From Candidatus Levyibacteriota bacterium (GTDB lineage Bacteria > Patescibacteriota > Microgenomatia > Levybacterales > UBA12049): a stretch of DNA of 64,000 nt. Position numbers and translations under genes: made by a program. The notes under the pieces were generated by a model. It was not told where the DNA came from. It saw only the letters and a list, made by a program, of their open reading frames with translations, and did not search any database. How positions within the stretch are numbered: the stretch's first letter is position 1; each line of letters opens with the position of its first letter. This document shows positions 55,354 through 64,000 of this stretch, one piece after another. Location: NCBI GenBank assembly GCA_963790825.1, contig CAWBPM010000002.1, forward strand, positions 231,159 through 295,158, in the 5' to 3' direction.

Positions 55354-55809
55354 TTATAACAATTCTTCAGGTTTATCGATCATTGCAAAAACAATTTCCC
55401 CCTCGGCTGCCACTTTCCCGTCTTTTACTGCTTTTACTTTACTTTTCCCCACATTCATTTTATAAGAAACAATTTCCGCTTCCAGATTAACTCTGTCTCC
55501 GGGTTTTATCATTTGCCTGTAAACCATTGTATCTCTTCTCAGTACCCCGATCTTATTTTCATCTCCGCTAACTGCAATACCCGAAAGTTCGGCTAAGGTT
55601 TCCATAATAATAGCGCCCGGAACTATTGGAAAAACAGGAAAGTGACCCTTTAAAAATACAAAATCCGGCTGAGATAAATCGGCAAGAATACCGCTTGCTT
55701 TAATTCCCGGTTCAACAATCTCAGCCCTTTCCAAAAACATGAATGGTCTTCTGTGTGGCAGTATTTTTTCTATATCTGCTTGCTGTAGAATTCGTCGTTC
55801 AGGCGGCAT
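55354..55809 (-). CDS. fabZ: 3-hydroxyacyl-ACP dehydratase (FabZ, hotdog fold)
   Basis: LPHRRPFMFLE...GHFPVFPIVPGAIIMETLAE matches the FabZ active-site region. Confidence 0.7.
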   Translation of the reverse strand: MPPERRILQQADIEKILPHRRPFMFLERAEIVEPGIKASGILADLSQPDFVFLKGHFPVFPIVPGAIIMETLAELSGIAVSGDENKIGVLRRDTMVYRQMIKPGDRVNLEAEIVSYKMNVGKSKVKAVKDGKVAAEGEIVFAMIDKPEELL

Positions 55810-55827
55810 TTATATATTATAATCATT

Positions 55828-56334
55828 TTAACTTGCTTCAGGAAATACCTGCAACGTCTTTCTTGGCTGTTCTATTCGATCCAGTTGTCTTTGGAAACTT
55901 GTAAGAATTTCCTCATCTGCTACTAATTCACCGTTTGCTTTTATTCCGGCATTAATTACTATTTTTCTCTCTCTCGCCCACATGGCATCTGTTTTGTCTC
56001 CATTAACTCCATACTTTTTTGAGATATATCTTCTCAGTTGTATGACTCTCTCACGGCTTGACTTTACTTGTATAGCAACCGGGGAAGTGCCGTTTCCAAA
56101 CTTCACTCTGATATCGCAACCATTCAGATCATCCTTGCTGTATTGAGGAACCCTGGCAGCACTTGTTACAATTGGTAATTTACCTATTAACTCTGCAACG
56201 CGTTCTTCGGATGCATTATATCTGTCTGCGCCGTAATTATTTTCCGGACCGGGAGTACAGGAAGCCGCGAGTATTCCCGTATACTTTTTTGTAACCCAAG
56301 TCTTTGGCAAGTTTTTACAACATTCTACGGACAT
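55828..56334 (-). CDS. Hypothetical protein (possible PD-(D/E)xK-like motif, very tentative)
   Basis: CDIRVKF...AIQVKSS. No confident assignment. Confidence 0.35.
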   Translation of the reverse strand: MSVECCKNLPKTWVTKKYTGILAASCTPGPENNYGADRYNASEERVAELIGKLPIVTSAARVPQYSKDDLNGCDIRVKFGNGTSPVAIQVKSSRERVIQLRRYISKKYGVNGDKTDAMWARERKIVINAGIKANGELVADEEILTSFQRQLDRIEQPRKTLQVFPEAS

Positions 56335-56352
56335 TATTTTATGTCATATTTA

Positions 56353-56381
56353 GTATTGACGGGTTTTTACACCTCGTCAAT
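56353..56381. promoter_or_regulatory. 8-bp perfect inverted repeat (TATTGACG-N13-CGTCAATA) in the divergent promoter region between 56334 and 56494
   Basis: Read directly. Geometry fits an operator. Confidence 0.3.
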
Positions 56382-56493
56382 AAGACAATATGCATCAATA
56401 CTTTTATAGGCCCCACTGACATGAATAAAATATATTTATAAACTTGATCTTTAGCCTTATTTGATGTAGAATACTAAACACTGTTAATAAACT

Positions 56494-58026
56494 ATGGGTA
56501 AAGAATATACAAACCCCGATTACATAAACATTGCCAGAGAAGAATTTCGTGGCATTGCTGCATTAGTACCTGGCATAATGCAACAGGAGGATCCCAGGAG
56601 ATGGTACCGGGACATGCGAACGAGAGTGCATGCGGTAAAACGCGGCCTTAATGCATTACCTGAAGAGTCAAGTTCATTTTTACGACCAATAGTAGAAAAG
56701 GTCTACGGGTCTCTTCGGGAAGAATCCAGGTCCTGGAGAGAAATATATGGGCCCATTGATTTGCAGTCAATTCCCCCGGAAGAATTACCTGCCTTAAATG
56801 AAGAGATTGGCCTTCGCGCCGATATGTTTTTAATGGGAGTTTCCCGGGAAATGGCCGCAAATTTTGAATCCTCTCTGAAACCAGTGAAGGAAACAATTAT
56901 ACCCCTTGAAGAATTACTTGCCTCTCACCCTGACCAGTTACGTTCGTATCAGGAACAAAGAGGTAGTATGTCATTTACAATGTTTGGGATTAAACATCCA
57001 TATTCCGGCGAGTGGCATGATTTCATTCTTCCCTTTACTCCTTCAGTTTTACATAAAGGCGGAGCCGTGAGAGCAGCCCTGGACGTTTTTGCAGATGCCA
57101 GGCCTTCAATGGTTGCAAGCGAATTACCGTTTAACGATTTTGATGCGGTATTTGTGGGAGATGAACAACAAGCGCGTCATGAAGCAACTCTCATGGGCGT
57201 TGATCCTGATGGAGCAGAAAGCGCGGGAGAATCATTTGACTTCACAAAATTTTGTAATGGACGTGACACAACACAAAACCAAATATGCTTAGGCAGAGAC
57301 GGATTGCATTTTTCAGACGCTGCTTATAGCTCAGCGAAAACAGGACATACGGAAATTGTCGGGCTGTACATAGCAAATAAAGCAATATATGGAATTGATC
57401 AATTGTATAATCATGGGATTCCTTTAGTAAAACCACGGGGATTAATGCGTCTCGTCAAAGCAGTTGCAGAAGGAAAAGCAATAACGTTCGGTCATAGGGA
57501 CCTTAATAAGTATCAGGATATCGGACTCTATTCGATCTTTTTAGCAAAAAAATGGCAGAAAAGAGAAGATTTCGGAATACTATTGCAAAATGAATTTGAA
57601 CTGCTTAAGCAAATGGGGCAAGTCAGAGAGGGAGAGAAGGATATTTACGATATGCTGACTCGTGCACATCACGAATATCCTTTTTTTGACATCGATAGTT
57701 ATATAAAAGATATCTGTGATGTGGCAAGATGGAAGTCCAGGAAATTTGCAAGGCAACTCGATAGAGAATGGGGTTGGTTTAACAGTGTCCCCTCAGGAGT
57801 TGAATACCCGAGACACCCCGGCGATACGGACGCCCGTATAATAACCCTTAATGGATTTACGTCGTCGCCTGCTGAAGCTGATAAATTTGTAAAAAGGTGG
57901 CCAAGTTTTGTAAACGATTGTCGGATCAGGACAAAAAAATATAACGGCTTAGGAGTCAGTATTCAGGACCGATTATTCTACACGCAGGAAGTAGATATAC
58001 TTCCGGATGAAGAAATTGAATTGTAG
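56494..58026 (+). CDS. Hypothetical 510-aa protein, locally GC-rich
   Basis: ORF only. No confident motif; a DFDAVFVGDE segment is not enough to call an NTase. Confidence 0.45.
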   Translation: MGKEYTNPDYINIAREEFRGIAALVPGIMQQEDPRRWYRDMRTRVHAVKRGLNALPEESSSFLRPIVEKVYGSLREESRSWREIYGPIDLQSIPPEELPALNEEIGLRADMFLMGVSREMAANFESSLKPVKETIIPLEELLASHPDQLRSYQEQRGSMSFTMFGIKHPYSGEWHDFILPFTPSVLHKGGAVRAALDVFADARPSMVASELPFNDFDAVFVGDEQQARHEATLMGVDPDGAESAGESFDFTKFCNGRDTTQNQICLGRDGLHFSDAAYSSAKTGHTEIVGLYIANKAIYGIDQLYNHGIPLVKPRGLMRLVKAVAEGKAITFGHRDLNKYQDIGLYSIFLAKKWQKREDFGILLQNEFELLKQMGQVREGEKDIYDMLTRAHHEYPFFDIDSYIKDICDVARWKSRKFARQLDREWGWFNSVPSGVEYPRHPGDTDARIITLNGFTSSPAEADKFVKRWPSFVNDCRIRTKKYNGLGVSIQDRLFYTQEVDILPDEEIEL

Positions 58027-58042
58027 TATTTTAATTTTTCGG

Positions 58043-58115
58043 GGTGGAAGACGGGTGCTGCCCCCGCGACCTCCAGGTCCACAACCTGGCGTTCTACTGT
58101 TGAACTACATCCACC
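58043..58115 (-). other. GC-rich tRNA-shaped element with tRNA-His-like features (GTG anticodon, extra 5' G pairing with C73) but non-canonical D- and T-loops
   Basis: Manual fold on the minus strand: 7/4/5/5-bp stems of correct spacing, anticodon loop UUGUGGA. D-loop is AACAGUA and T-loop is GGCAGCA, which lack the GG and TTCRA signatures. Confidence 0.3.
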
Positions 58116-58173
58116 GTATATGATTAGTATAGCATACAAAGTGTGCCTAAACAAACCTCAACTATACTTATAA

Positions 58174-58827
58174 TTGACAATAAGTAGAAATAATCATATA
58201 GTGATTTTGTTTATGTCAGCTAAGATTGAAAGGGAACAAAGTAAGACAGATATTGCCGGTATTCAGGCTGATAGACCGCGTATTATTGAACTGGAAAACG
58301 AAGCAGTATCTCTTCTTGAAAATCAAGATTCAAAGACCTCACTACTTAGTAAATTTTTTCAGTTTAATGATATCATGATTGATTTACTAGGGGAAATAGA
58401 TAGTCCGGACAAATCTGATAATAGTAAAAGACTGTCAAAAATATTTCATGTTAAAAAAGGCAAGCATAAAGACTGGAAGGTTTCATTCGGCGTGGGAAAT
58501 AGCTCAACATGGGTTCAAATTAGAACCGGCGACATTATACAAAAAATCAGTTATTCTCAAAAAAGAGAAGCGCTAATAAAGAAAAAAAAGCTACCTGCGA
58601 AGGATAAATCGTTACATGTTAAATATGCGAATCTTTCCCATAAATCTGACTTTTCTTTTGTATCGTTTGTAACAGGCGAAACCAGTCGCTTAAATCCGAA
58701 TCAAACTATTTATGAGGATTTGTCTTTGGAGCAATTATTGTCGATTTGCACGAGAGTATATCATATGTATGATCCTGCTTGGCGTGATAAGCCAAAACCG
58801 TCTCTGTATCCTGCTAATTATCCCTGA
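58174..58827 (+). CDS. Hypothetical protein
   Basis: ORF only. Confidence 0.4.
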   Translation: MTISRNNHIVILFMSAKIEREQSKTDIAGIQADRPRIIELENEAVSLLENQDSKTSLLSKFFQFNDIMIDLLGEIDSPDKSDNSKRLSKIFHVKKGKHKDWKVSFGVGNSSTWVQIRTGDIIQKISYSQKREALIKKKKLPAKDKSLHVKYANLSHKSDFSFVSFVTGETSRLNPNQTIYEDLSLEQLLSICTRVYHMYDPAWRDKPKPSLYPANYP

Positions 58828-59055
58828 AAGTTAAATAATAAGTGGGTTTTTACGCTTTTTTTGATTAAGAGATAATCGATAGCTTGTAGTAAGTGTAGAA
58901 AACGCAGAAAGAAAAGAATAATAAGGAACAAAATAATTTTCTTCTGAGGTCTACGCCAATATTTTAAGTTCTGTGGCAAACACATATCATAAATGCCGGG
59001 ACATTAAAAGAAACAGGTTTTAAACAGTGGCTTATAATTATCCAATACACAATTT

Positions 59056-59322
59056 TTAACCTCGCAGTTTTCTTATGCCGTCCACGCAAGCTGCGCTGAA
59101 AAATACTGTAAGAACACTAAGTGTTACCTGAGGAGAAATTCCCGCGTCTTGTGCTACTTGGAGCATCCTTCCCATACTCAACGGAAAACTGGCTGTGCGT
59201 TCAATAATATTTTGTGGACTATAAGCTGCAACAGCTGATACCGCCGCACCGGCAAACCCGAGCCCGGCTTCCACTCTGGCAGCAATAATTTTCCTGTTAT
59301 TACGGGGTTCTCCTTCCTGCAT
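59056..59322 (-). CDS. Small hypothetical protein (Ala/Gly-rich, possibly membrane-associated)
   Basis: ORF only. Locally GC-rich. Confidence 0.25.
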   Translation of the reverse strand: MQEGEPRNNRKIIAARVEAGLGFAGAAVSAVAAYSPQNIIERTASFPLSMGRMLQVAQDAGISPQVTLSVLTVFFSAACVDGIRKLRG

Positions 59323-59511
59323 ACCAACGATTTTACAATCCGATTATGTGATTATTGTAATAAAATGCAAAAAAATCCGCAGAGTGAAAAAAACGTGATT
59401 TCTACTCCTTTTAAATAATATATCAAAATATCTTCTAAGAACTTACTGAATAATTACAACATTATTACATTTAATCTGTTTATATTTGAAATACTAGTCA
59501 ATAATGCAAAA

Positions 59512-60519
59512 ATGAAATTATATAAAAAGTTTTCATTATATATTGTAATATTATTACTAATAATTTTTAGCGCTTTTGGACTGCTTCTTATAGCCCATTC
59601 AAGCCAAGCTATTAAAAACACTAATTCTGCTAGTTTGGAAATTTTTACACAACAGGTTTGGATACAAACAGGCAATAGTAAAGTTCAGGCCAAAAATGGT
59701 GACAGCGTAAATATAGGTGAAAGTGTAATAACAGGTTCAACTGGCAGAGCACAATTACTCTATTCCAATCATAGCGTGACTCGTATCAATGTAAATTCTG
59801 AGTTTGTACTGAGCAGGAACGATACAAATCCTGTCCAGATAGAAATTGATCTTATAAAAGGCAGTATCTGGTCCCGTGTTGCCAAGCTTTTAGGCAAAGA
59901 CGTTTACCAAACAAAAACCGCTACGGTAATCGCAACAGTTCGCGGTACTTCTTATGAGTTAGGTATTATGCCTGATGGCAATGATGAAGTAATTACTGCA
60001 AAACACACTGTAAATGTAACATGTGTAAACGCTACGCAAAAAGGTAATGTGCAAACGAATAATAAATTTATACTTAATTGTAAAAACGACTCACTCTTTC
60101 AAATACAGCCATTAACTCAGCAGGATATTACAGATCCATGGTATTTGTTTAACATACAACAAGACAAATTACTCGATGCACGTTTTGGCGCAGGGACATA
60201 TAATGATGAAGATCAGCCGTTAACGCCGACTTTGACCCCGATTATATCGGGGTCAACACCCGAAGTAACCCCAATTCCAAGTTTAACTCCAACAACTCAA
60301 CCAACAATTTACTCGGAAAGTCCAACAACTACTCCTTCGTCCACCCCGACTCCTAATTCCTCAAATACGCCAACACCGACTACTAATTCTTCTCAGAGTG
60401 TGACACCGACCCCGACAATAATACCTACGCCAACACCGACATTGATACATACTCCTACAATTACACCTATGCCATCACCGACATTGACACCGACCCCGAC
60501 ACAAATATATCTTTACTAA
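59512..60519 (+). CDS. Secreted FecR-domain protein with PT-rich C-terminal tail
   Basis: Signal anchor. FecR-like G-x-V-x-TG...ATVRGTSYEL. Thr/Pro repeats at the C-terminus. Confidence 0.6.
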   Translation: MKLYKKFSLYIVILLLIIFSAFGLLLIAHSSQAIKNTNSASLEIFTQQVWIQTGNSKVQAKNGDSVNIGESVITGSTGRAQLLYSNHSVTRINVNSEFVLSRNDTNPVQIEIDLIKGSIWSRVAKLLGKDVYQTKTATVIATVRGTSYELGIMPDGNDEVITAKHTVNVTCVNATQKGNVQTNNKFILNCKNDSLFQIQPLTQQDITDPWYLFNIQQDKLLDARFGAGTYNDEDQPLTPTLTPIISGSTPEVTPIPSLTPTTQPTIYSESPTTTPSSTPTPNSSNTPTPTTNSSQSVTPTPTIIPTPTPTLIHTPTITPMPSPTLTPTPTQIYLY

Positions 60520-60522
60520 TAA

Positions 60523-62499
60523 ATGAAACAAAAATTTATATATAGCCTAATTGTTTCTTTTATTACTACATGTTTCTTCAGTCTGCTATTTTTAAATGGT
60601 TTTTTTATCTCCTGGCAAAATAAACTTGCTGATACATTATTTTTAGCACAAAAATCTTTTACTAATATTGTACTTATTACTATTGATAACAAATCCATTC
60701 AATCAATCGGCCGTTTTCCCTGGAACAGATCTGTTTACGCCAGGCTGCTTGCGGTTTTGGGCAGCAAACCGGCTGCAATTGGTATTGATATCGCATTTCC
60801 GGAAAAAAGTACGGGTAGGGAAGATACTCTCTTTGCCAGTGAGCTCACTAAACATGCAAACGTCGTGCTGCCTATAGAAATGAATAACCCAATTATTAAA
60901 GATTCGTTTATTGATGCTGATTCGCTGCAGCTTCCCATACAACAATTACAAGACGTAGCTAAACTTGGTGTCGTGAATACCATACCGGATGATGATGGTA
61001 TTACCAGAGAAACACCCATGAATATTCGGGTGCATGGAAAGCGATATGCGAATTTTTCTCTGTCTCTTCTACAAATTTATTACAAAAATGATACAACTAA
61101 GTTAAAACAACTTTCTCAAATTCCACTCAACCGGGGACTGATGAGAATAAATTTCGCCAGTACTCAGAATACATTTGATAAGTATTCTTTTATAGATATA
61201 ATCAGAGGTAAAATTTCAGCCAATGTATTCACTAATAAAATTGTATTAATCGGAGCAACCGCTCCGGATTTACATGATACCCAGTTAACGCCAATCTCAA
61301 ATGGGACTCCGATGAGCGGTGTTGAAATACATGCAAATACCTTGCAAACCATTGAGAGTCAAAGATTTTTACAAAGCGAAACTCCTATCACAACCATCAG
61401 TACCATACTCTTCCTGTCGGCGTGTTTACTGTTTATTTTCACATTTTTTAGCCTGATGCCGGCTACAGGACTGAGTATACTTTTTTTTGTTATATTCATT
61501 ATCTATATCTTTTTTTCCTTTGACCATGGAACTATTCGGAATATTGTTTACCCAATACTTAGCATACTAGTAACCTATATCCTGCAATTAATCTATAACT
61601 ACTTTATTGAAAATAGGAACAGACGTTATCTAAGACGTGCATTTTCCTATTATGTTTCTGAGACCGTATTGGAAGAAATTTTAAGTACACCTGCCAAACT
61701 CACCTTGGGAGGAGCTAAGAAAAACATTTCAGTACTTTTTTCCGATATCGCCGGATTTACGACTATTGCCGAAGAACTAAAACCTGAGGCACTGACAAAA
61801 CTATTAAATGAATATCTAACAGAAATGACAAAAATCGTTTTTAAAAATAGGGGAGTACTCGATAAATATATCGGGGATGCGGTGATGGCATTTTGGGGCG
61901 CACCAATTTATGAAAAAGAACACGCATATTTGGCATGCAAAACAGCTCTTGAGATGCAGGAAGCGATAAAGGAATTACAAAAAGATTGGCCAACAAATAA
62001 AAATGCCGTGAGGTTTCAGGTAAGAATTGGTATCAATACCGGTGATATGGTTGTGGGAAATATGGGTTCCGAGACTCGATTTGATTATACTCTCATCGGT
62101 GATAATGTGAACTTAGGTTCTCGCCTCGAGGGAATTAATAAAATTTACGGAACAAGTATTATTATCAGCGAAACGACATATAAGCAACTGGAGCAAAAAG
62201 TAATTGTCAGATTCCTCGATACAGTCATAGTGAAAGGCAAAAGTAAAGGTATGGGTATTTATGAGTTGCGGGGTCTTGGAACGCCGGACGATAAAGAAGC
62301 CGAATTTTTACACGAATTTGAAATTTCAAGAAAACTCTATGAAAAAGGAGAATTTAAAAAAGCACTTCCGGGATTCCAAGCAGTTCAGAAATACAATGTA
62401 AACGACACCGTCACGAATTTATATATTATTCGCTGTAGTGAACTTATAAAAAATCCTGCTAAGATCTGGGACGGCATTTATCAGGCAACAAGTAAATGA
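60523..62499 (+). CDS. CHASE2-sensor class III adenylate/guanylate cyclase
   Basis: N-terminal CHASE2-like periplasmic domain between TM helices. Cyclase motifs FSDIAGFT, GDAVMAFWG, RIGINTGDMVVGNMG. Confidence 0.8.
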   Translation: MKQKFIYSLIVSFITTCFFSLLFLNGFFISWQNKLADTLFLAQKSFTNIVLITIDNKSIQSIGRFPWNRSVYARLLAVLGSKPAAIGIDIAFPEKSTGREDTLFASELTKHANVVLPIEMNNPIIKDSFIDADSLQLPIQQLQDVAKLGVVNTIPDDDGITRETPMNIRVHGKRYANFSLSLLQIYYKNDTTKLKQLSQIPLNRGLMRINFASTQNTFDKYSFIDIIRGKISANVFTNKIVLIGATAPDLHDTQLTPISNGTPMSGVEIHANTLQTIESQRFLQSETPITTISTILFLSACLLFIFTFFSLMPATGLSILFFVIFIIYIFFSFDHGTIRNIVYPILSILVTYILQLIYNYFIENRNRRYLRRAFSYYVSETVLEEILSTPAKLTLGGAKKNISVLFSDIAGFTTIAEELKPEALTKLLNEYLTEMTKIVFKNRGVLDKYIGDAVMAFWGAPIYEKEHAYLACKTALEMQEAIKELQKDWPTNKNAVRFQVRIGINTGDMVVGNMGSETRFDYTLIGDNVNLGSRLEGINKIYGTSIIISETTYKQLEQKVIVRFLDTVIVKGKSKGMGIYELRGLGTPDDKEAEFLHEFEISRKLYEKGEFKKALPGFQAVQKYNVNDTVTNLYIIRCSELIKNPAKIWDGIYQATSK

Positions 62500-62659
62500 A
62501 TTCAGAAATCAAGATTTGTGCTTGAAGATTATACCATATAACGCAAATTTACCTGTTTGTAGGAATAATATTGTTAATAATGCGGTTCTATCCCCTTCAG
62601 TGTCTCATAAAAACCTGAGGCTTTCACTAATTTAATACCTGCCTTTTTTTATTTTCTTC

Positions 62660-64000
62660 TTAATGCAACTTGCTTCTAATATTTCTTGTGTGTTCTATAA
62701 GTTTGTCAACTGAAAAATGATCTGTATCAGGTGTATATATTTTAGGAGTTTTCTCTGTATCTAAATATATATCTACATCGCCCATATGGCCTAATAATCG
62801 AGACACGCCAAGCTCATTTGCTTGAGGCACAAGGGCTCGCAAGTTGTCTGCCACTTTTTTTCTTAGGGTAAGTACCTTATCTAAATGTTTATGCGAATCT
62901 TCACTCATTTCTTTTACTATATCTCCTACTACTGCATAATCAGGATTCTTGCCCCATTTTTCCAGGAAAGCCATATTTTTTCTGGAATTTTCCAAGAATC
63001 TACGCGTAACTATATCCTCATTAAATATATGCTGTGCAGCAACTACTAATTCTCCGATTGCCTTTATTCTTTCAGGATCACAGGCCGCAAATGACTTAGG
63101 ATTTTCAGAAAGATATACGGAATATTCGCTAAAGTAGGATGAGGAAAACGAACTATTAGTATGGTTCTCAATTGCGAAGTTAAGTTCGGTATTCAAACTA
63201 ATTCCCTTTTGTTCGCTGCGAGGCCTTTCATAATATTTAAAAGAACGGCGAAGTTTCTCATTATCGTAATCATAATAACCATATTTAATCTCCTCATACC
63301 TTTCATGTTGTGGAACAGTTATGGATCGAAGCATAGCCGGCCCATATCCAGTGCCCTTTACCCAATTAATAGCATCAATTATTCGTTGCTCTTGAGGAGA
63401 AAAGGCAGGCGGATATCCAAAATCTGTTTTGAACTCAGTACTAAGTGATTCAAGCAGCAATGCCCGTTCAATTTCTGGTAAATTTTCTATTGCAGCAACG
63501 AGTTCTTTCTGATCCCACCGATTACTACGTATTAATTTACCGATATTAAACCGGGAAGCAGCATTAATCTCCTGCACTTCCAAATCTCCCTGTTCTCCTT
63601 GATGTATTATGTGTCCCAAAATAATCCCGTTTCTTAACAGAGCAGTTAGCGCATCTATTGTCCCAACCCCTCCCCCGCTGCTCCATAAATTTTTCTCCAA
63701 GTCACGTTTTGAAACGCCATGCGTAGTTAGTTGTTTATTTGCTTGATTTATAAATTCGTCTATCTCTCCATCTTCCAAGTCCAAGCCGGTAGTAATCCTT
63801 TGTAAGTGTTGCTGCAAAGACTCTGCAGATGTATCGATTGCATCTCTTGACGAACCAAGCTCTCCGTTTGATGCCGAATAAACTGCAGCTTCCTGAGCAG
63901 GATTTAAAGCTTTACTTTCAGCTCCTTGTTTCTGCGTTGGCTTCACCAACTCTTCTGCACCGTTTATAAAGTTAATATCTGCATCCAGTTCATATGTGGA
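62660..64000 (-). CDS. Hypothetical protein, 5'-partial (frame stays open to the window edge; the listed start at 63949 is a TTG)
   Basis: No in-frame stop between 63949 and 64000 on the minus strand. No recognisable motif. Confidence 0.4.
   Translation of the reverse strand, partial: STYELDADINFINGAEELVKPTQKQGAESKALNPAQEAAVYSASNGELGSSRDAIDTSAESLQQHLQRITTGLDLEDGEIDEFINQANKQLTTHGVSKRDLEKNLWSSGGGVGTIDALTALLRNGIILGHIIHQGEQGDLEVQEINAASRFNIGKLIRSNRWDQKELVAAIENLPEIERALLLESLSTEFKTDFGYPPAFSPQEQRIIDAINWVKGTGYGPAMLRSITVPQHERYEEIKYGYYDYDNEKLRRSFKYYERPRSEQKGISLNTELNFAIENHTNSSFSSSYFSEYSVYLSENPKSFAACDPERIKAIGELVVAAQHIFNEDIVTRRFLENSRKNMAFLEKWGKNPDYAVVGDIVKEMSEDSHKHLDKVLTLRKKVADNLRALVPQANELGVSRLLGHMGDVDIYLDTEKTPKIYTPDTDHFSVDKLIEHTRNIRSKLH

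Noticed and set aside
56494-58026. Calling the 510-aa protein a Pol-beta-type nucleotidyltransferase (CBASS/SMODS-like)
   Set aside because: There is only a loose DFD-x-FVGDE stretch without a correctly spaced upstream GS motif. That is insufficient.

Overview
AT-rich bacterial chromosomal window with a mosaic of housekeeping and accessory genes. The host is probably an uncultured, small-genome lineage, but that is inference from composition and gene content only. No rRNA and no CRISPR array were seen.

Housekeeping content: purH, a Y-family polymerase, fabZ, a sigma-70/ECF-type factor, a DsbA/DsbB-like pair, a MacAB-like ABC efflux set, an SPFH protein and a histidine kinase.

Accessory content, in order along the window:
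- Two tandem copies of a small ORF translationally overlapped with an AbiEii-type nucleotidyltransferase.
- An MNT/HepT module flanked by 43-nt direct repeats.
- A polysaccharide locus: a processive GT2 synthase (QxxRW), a PMT-like GT-C glycosyltransferase fused to a GH8 domain, and a GH5. The latter two carry frameshifts.
- An operon of three glycosyltransferases next to tRNA-Lys(CTT).
- A GC-richer block with two paralogous tail-anchored proteins of unknown function.
- Three secreted glycoside hydrolases (GH16, GH114-like, GH-A-like) that share near-identical ~620-nt 3' modules encoding a PT-linker, a beta-sandwich and a dockerin. This is a cellulosome-like signature; no cohesin is visible in the window.
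- A 2.5-kb islet bounded by tRNA-Arg(TCG) and a 24-nt direct repeat of its 3' end, carrying VapBC, DinJ/YafQ-like and BrnTA modules, with an IS481-like transposase beside it.
- A PolA gene reduced to its polymerase domain.
- A sigma factor followed by a tiny Cys-rich ORF.
- Two TMTC-like GT-C/TPR paralogs.
- A FecR plus CHASE2 cyclase pair.
- A GC-rich tRNA-shaped element with tRNA-His-like features but non-canonical D and T loops.
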